Part shown: one piece after another, positions 57,813-64,000 of the stretch | Layout: each line of letters begins with the position of its first letter | Numbering within the stretch: the stretch's first letter is position 1 | From: the human T2T-CHM13v2.0 reference genome, Homo sapiens | Reading direction: 5' to 3' (one strand) | NCBI RefSeq assembly: GCF_009914755.1 | Contig: NC_060937.1 | DNA: 64,000 nucleotides | Position numbers and translations under genes: made by a program | The notes under the pieces: model-generated | Databases searched by the model: none | Seen by the model: only the letters and a program-made list of their open reading frames with translations | Told to the model about the DNA's origin: nothing

Positions 57813-59074
57813 CAGCCAGTGAATAAGACATAAGAAATGGTCTAAGACTTGAGAGAAACCTCTCAGAATTCCCTTCAATCTCTATTTCCCAGAGGCATTA
57901 TCTCTGCCTCCATTCAACATGGTGGTGTTTTGGATTATGGTCAATTTACGGCCAATTCCTCAAGAATATTTAATATAATATCACAGGGATAACTTGGACA
58001 TGCCAGTAGTTCACAAGCCCAGATTAGGTCACAGATTTAAATCTCTTCTATTTATTTTTCTGAAGCCAATACATGGATGGATTTGGGTCTGTGTTTATTT
58101 CCCTGCCCACACCGTTATGGCTGACGGGGCAGTGAGTAGGTGGGGAGGGTGGAGAGGTCCACAGGAGGAAGGGGAAGGAAGTGAGGCCCACCCTAAATGA
58201 GTGAATGCAGGGGCACCTTGCTGCACCCACCCTTGCTGTTTTGAGAGACTGGAACTCGAGGAGCCTGCAATCACATGGCATCTCATTCTTTTTGGCTCTG
58301 ATTACCCGGCCTCTGTTTTTCTCCTTTACTGAGTCCTACCCACTGGCACTGTTCTGTCTTTGCACTTGCTGCTGTGGTACTTTTTTGTTTTGATTTTTTT
58401 CCCTCCTTCCATGCCTGAAATGTCTGCTTCCTCATAGGAAGTGAAGCTAGAGATATGGATAGAAACCATTCTGCCAAAATATCAGTTGCCTGGAAACAGG
58501 GCTTTGAAAATTCATGACTGATCCTCAAAGGCAGGGCAAGCAAAGTACACTTTCTGACTAAGGTAACCCAGGGAGACTCATAGCCTTCTTGGTAAAAGAA
58601 GTATGCACACCCTAGCAAAAAACATGAAATTAATTTCTTCATCCTGACCCTGGGAGTGACTTGAATGGTGAGTTGAGTCCACTTTAGAGGGATAGATTAT
58701 GTCCAGTAAGATTCAAAGGAAGGTATTTCTGGGCCAGTGAAGTCCTTGAATCAACACTGGTGATTGTGGTCCTGACAGATCTGTTCGTAACAGTGCCTCC
58801 AGCTCTCCCGTCTAGCCGGGCGGCAGGGATGGCTGCTCACTACACAGAGACGCAGAAGCACAGCCTCCTTTCTGCTCAGGAAGGAGTTTATTTTTACTTT
58901 TGTCATAGGGTCCACCACACTGTAATGCACATTATAGCTATTTTCACAGCTCTGTAAATTGTGAGGTTCTTGAGGACAGCACAGAGTCTTCGGCTGTCTA
59001 TCCAGAGGTGCCTATCTTGTAGGTACCGGAACCTTTCATGAAGACTAATTGATTTAAAGGAAAAAAAAAAAAAA

Positions 59075-59386
59075 AGCTGGGCATGGTGGTGCACGCCTGT
59101 AATCCCAGCACTTTGGGAGACCAAGATGAGCGGATTGCTTGAGGCCAGGAGTTCGAGACCAACCTGAACAGCATAGTGAGACCTCCATCTCTACAATTTT
59201 TTTCAAAAACATTAGCTGGACACTATTTTTTGCCTGTAGTCCCAGCTACTCAAGAGGCTGAAGTGGGAGGATCACTTGAGCCCGGGAGGTCAAGGCCGTA
59301 GTAAGTTATGATTGCGCCACTACACTCCAGCCTGGGCAACAGAGTGAAACCCTGTCTCAAAAAAAAAAAAAAAAGGAAAAAAAATA
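59075..59386 (+). mobile_element. Alu (J-type)
   Basis: GGAGGATCACTTGAGCCCGGGAGGTCAAGG; A-rich flanks. Confidence 0.92.
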
Positions 59387-60623
59387 AGTTGACAAGTAGT
59401 TAAGAAATTTGAGAGGCTTGAATAATGCCATTTTATACAGCATAAGTAAATTAAATTTGAAAAACAAATTTATGATTTAGGGGTTAACCAAAAACATTTT
59501 TATATGTATATCACTTTCATAAAATATTATTATACCTGAAAATTAGAGATCATTCTTTTCAATGCTCTCACTTTAAAATTGGTAAAATCATACCTTATTA
59601 TGAAAACTACAAGCTCTGGGGAAAATCACGGAAGTCTCAAGAAGTGTATTGTTTCCACTGTGTATTTATAAAGCACATCAGCATTGTTCTTAGAACCGCT
59701 TCCACAGTAGTTAGGGAAGGAGTTTTTGTTCTCAAATTACAGATTAGGAGACTGAGAACAGAACAGGCTATGCCACTTGCCCTTCACGGGGCTCAACCTG
59801 TTTTACTGTTGATATCATCATGCTAAATATTTGACATTCTAGAAAAGTACAGTTTAACTTGCAGCTTTTTCTTGATTTTTCATTCTTGCCAAAAAATGAC
59901 TATCCAAAATCAAATTTAAGGTCTCATTTTTTTTATGCAGCGTTCCAGATTCTCTTTCAGCATTCTCTTACTTCCTGCTACCCTCTGCTCAAAGATAGCT
60001 CTTGCCAACATCCATTTTTTTCTGTTTTCCTTAAAATACCTTAAAAAACAATTAGCATTTTTTGAGTCTAGGCACAGTTGTTTTCATTAGGCCTCCTTTA
60101 GTTTTTCCAGGAGAAGTAAACAATTCTGTAATCATCGTGTTAATTTATCTCATAAGAGAGATAGCGAAGAAATGAACACCATGATGTAGGTTCTTGAATG
60201 AAGCGGCCACAGCAACTGCAAAGTCTAAATAGCGTCCAACGTGAGCCTGGAGAGGAGGGGGAGTGAAGTCTAACCTTACAAGTGAAGCCCAGCCAGTCAA
60301 ACCCTAAGCACACAATTATTCATTTTTGTTATTACAATTATCTACAAGCTGTTAATTTATATCAGAATATTATTTCCTGACTCTCTTATATTTCAGGAAC
60401 AGGAACATTGATTTAGAGAAAATATGTTTTGAATTATGAGGTTTTGATGTTGAGGTAGAGACTGGTAGTTTTCTTGCCATATCGAACATTTGGGATCTGC
60501 AAACTCCCAACCTCATTAATAGGGTCATCATTTTTGTAACTTACTTTTAGATATTTAAAAATTTTGCCTTTTAATCTTTCTTCTAAGCACCCTATTCATT
60601 CTCTCTGTTTGTAAAATGCATAG

Positions 60624-60761
<138 letters not shown>

Positions 60762-60799
60762 TGACATTAACCACATTGATGTGCAATTTTGTAGATCTA

Positions 60800-60814
60800 C
60801 CAGTAGATGGCGAC
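60800..60814 (+). promoter_or_regulatory. CTCF core motif
   Basis: CCAGTAGATGGCGAC, a near-consensus match; TGCA 18 bp upstream. Confidence 0.6.
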
Positions 60815-61477
60815 ATAGTACAGAAAAGCCAGTTGGCTTAAACCCTTTCCTCTATAGTAGAATTCAGTGAGGGGGGGAAATTGTCTACTTTGTTTTTTCT
60901 TAAAATCTGTTGTGGAAATGAGTAGCAAGATGTACTTTTATGTTCTCATTCTGTGCACCACATTAGCAACACTGATTCTTTAGCACATACTTGTTGTTTA
61001 TTTATATTGTTCTAAGTACCCTTCACCCCACTACCCAGTGTATTTTGGGAGCATGTTATTAGCTCAACATTTTAAACAGAATGTAATTAATTCCCTTTCA
61101 AAGATCTTGCCAACAATCTCTCTCTTTGAAGTTGCCTCGTTAGTCGCTCCCAGATTTTTAAAAAATACCTTAAAACCACAGATTGTCAGGAAACAACATA
61201 TCTTCACCTATATCAAAGAGATTTAACCAGGTACCTGGAAAAAAACAATTCCATACCATCTGTGAGGACAGGGAGGAAAAACATCCGCTGTGATTTAATG
61301 CACAGAACTGTAAGAACTCATTAATATTTTGATTACTGTAAGATGTTTCTCTAGTTGAATTTGACAATTACAGTGGTAATGACTTTTTAAAATACTCATG
61401 TTTTGTAATGTGCCTATATAAAACTTATCAATTATGGCCATAAAATTCAATGTTCTTGGTATCAAAAAATATACTAA

Positions 61478-61597
<120 letters not shown>

Positions 61598-61939
61598 TAA
61601 CATCTTTGTGCAATTTAGAATCAAATATGAAAATTAAATACAGTTTGACTTGTCCCCACTTAGTGAAACTATTTCTATGAATTGAATGCCAAATGAGGAA
61701 AGCATTCTGAGCCTGTTTGGTCATTTGACATGACTATAGTGTAGACTCTTTATGCTCCTGAGAGACCATTTTGCCTAACTGGTCACCCTTTCTAGATAAT
61801 CTGTCACCTTAGAAAAACAAAACCATCAATCCAAGAGGGTTTCTTCAAAGAAAATATTGGATCCATTTGCATGTGTGGTGCCATGCTGCACTCTTCAATG
61901 AAGGACCAACCTTTTCCTGCTACCTCATTGGTTAGAACA

Positions 61940-62180
61940 GCTGTCATTTATTGGACATATATAAACTGATAGGCATTGTGCCAAGTCCTATAAAAATTGT
62001 AGTGTTTGAATTCTCACAGATTGCTCTGATGTGGGCATTACTATTTCCATTTTAACAGAGGGGAAAACTAAAATTCAAATAAGTTAAATAACTTTGAACC
62101 TCAAATCACTAGTAAGTGACATGTTTGGAATTAGAATCTAGCGCTGTCTGACTCCCAGATGACATGCTTAATCTCTATGC
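61940..62180. mobile_element. MIR
   Basis: CCATTTTAACAGAGGGGAAAACTAA..TTCA.A.AAGTTAAATAACTT...TCAC..GTAAGTGAC. Confidence 0.7.
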
Positions 62181-63769
62181 TACATGCATCTCTACTCAGT
62201 GAACAAAGAGAGTGGTTTTCCCACATGATCTTCAAGTACTCACTCTAAATGATGGCCTTACTATTTTCCTCTTTATTGTGATTGTGAGAACTCACCATTC
62301 ATCTAATCTTTTTTCTCTAAATCGCTACTATTCTTTCTCTATGGCCTTTTGGGCCTATGTGCATGTATTTAGGTAGGTGAGTCATTATTCCTGCCTCACT
62401 TCTACTCTCAGAATATCCCCAAACGTAATGAATCTCCCCATTGTTCACTCAGTTGCCCAAAAGTTATACTTGATAGCTCTTTCTCTTCTACCTCCTCCAT
62501 GCATAGGTCAGACACACGCCATAAATATCTCCCATTCCTACTGCCTTCCCTTCATTTTCATCAGCACTGCTGAATTTATCATTCTTTCCCTGCCTTACAG
62601 CAAGACACTCCTGGTTCCTCTTTTATCTCACCTTATCTCAACTTGCCCTCCTTCCACACTACTTCTGAAATAATCTTTCTGAAATGCAATAGGCATTTCA
62701 GGAATAAGGCCAACAGTCTTTCAAAGATACACCAGCTCATCACTTTAGATGGCTTAGGAGGCCCCACTGGCACCCTTGCCTCCAGCCACACTAAGCATCT
62801 TGAAGACATTGTTCTTCTTCGCACCTTCTTTTGAGAAACATTGAGCTCACTATTAGTATCTATGATTTCCTCTGCTTACACCACCCTCACTTGCTACCAC
62901 CACCCTGTGGGTGACCCACCTGCCCTCCTCAGTCACATGGCTCTAGGAACGTCAATTTCACAATGTCATAAATGGCCACACCCACTTTCACTGCCCCTTC
63001 CCCTTGTGTTGTTCCATCTCGATGGCCTTGAACTTGCAGCTCTCTGACTACATTTTCCGCCAGTATCAGTAGGTATCCTTCCTCACCCGTGCTTCTAACA
63101 GATTGGAAACACCTCAACCCGCATTGCACGTGGACCCCACCCTGTTCCTAGTCTCCTGCTCTGCCTGAGACGCAATGGTCAGCAAGTTTGGCCAAGGCCA
63201 TAGAATATGAATTCTAGGCTCCCATTCACACTCAGCCCTCCTGCAACAGTGATGGGATAGGCTCAATGCCAAACCACCCTTGCTCTTTTTTCCTTGGGCC
63301 CACCTCTATTCTAGTCCCTTCCCCAAACCTATCACTCAAGAGTTCAATCACTGTCTCTTTGAGAATGACATAGAAATTCCTACCTAAGGCCCAATCTTCT
63401 TTCCAAACTCCAGAACCACATTCTTGTTGATGAGATCATGCCTTTGAAAATATTTAAAATATATCTGATTTTCCAGAAAGCCCGTTTCCACATGCCTTAG
63501 GATGATTCAGTATCCAAACCAGTGAGTTGTTATCAAAAGCCTTGCCAGGAGGGACCCTGTGAAGAACTGTTTCCCTAACTGAGGTGAAATTACACAACCT
63601 ACAATAAAGGTGGAACGCTGTGGTCAACAATTCTAACAAAGAAGATTGCAATGTACATGACTTCTGCTTTAGGAAACATTTTGCATAATAACTGACGGAG
63701 ACCTCATTTATGAGAATCCGTATAATTTTTATACATCACTTGTCTTGTGGATGTGTGGGGAATTAATAG

Positions 63770-63988
<219 letters not shown>

Positions 63989-64000
63989 TAGGAGTTGATG

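Overview
Primate (most likely human) genomic DNA from inside the MYO16 (unconventional myosin XVI) gene, + strand. Five internal coding exons of the motor domain (9120-9267, 56786-56897, 60624-60741, 61509-61580, 63846-63987) splice into one open frame through GT-AG introns, including a 47.5-kb intron. The rest is intronic and repeat-rich: a MER11 LTR, MLT1 with a nested MER44, MER57, twelve Alus, an old antisense L1 with both ends, older L1/L2/MIR fragments, MER20, MER3 and MADE1. Apart from exon-overlapping ORFs and L1 remnants, the ORF track is spurious. The most unusual feature is three independent, non-Alu local inverted duplications within 38 kb (arms ~280, ~370 and 660 bp; ~85, ~87 and ~98% identity by hand count). 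The third has a polarised identity gradient and structured junctions, and could form a very long pre-mRNA hairpin. Other leads are a candidate 10-nt poison microexon, an in-frame Alu exon, two CTCF-like sites and two enhancer-like motif clusters. All identities were counted by eye, repeat subfamilies are from memory, and no novel system is demonstrated.
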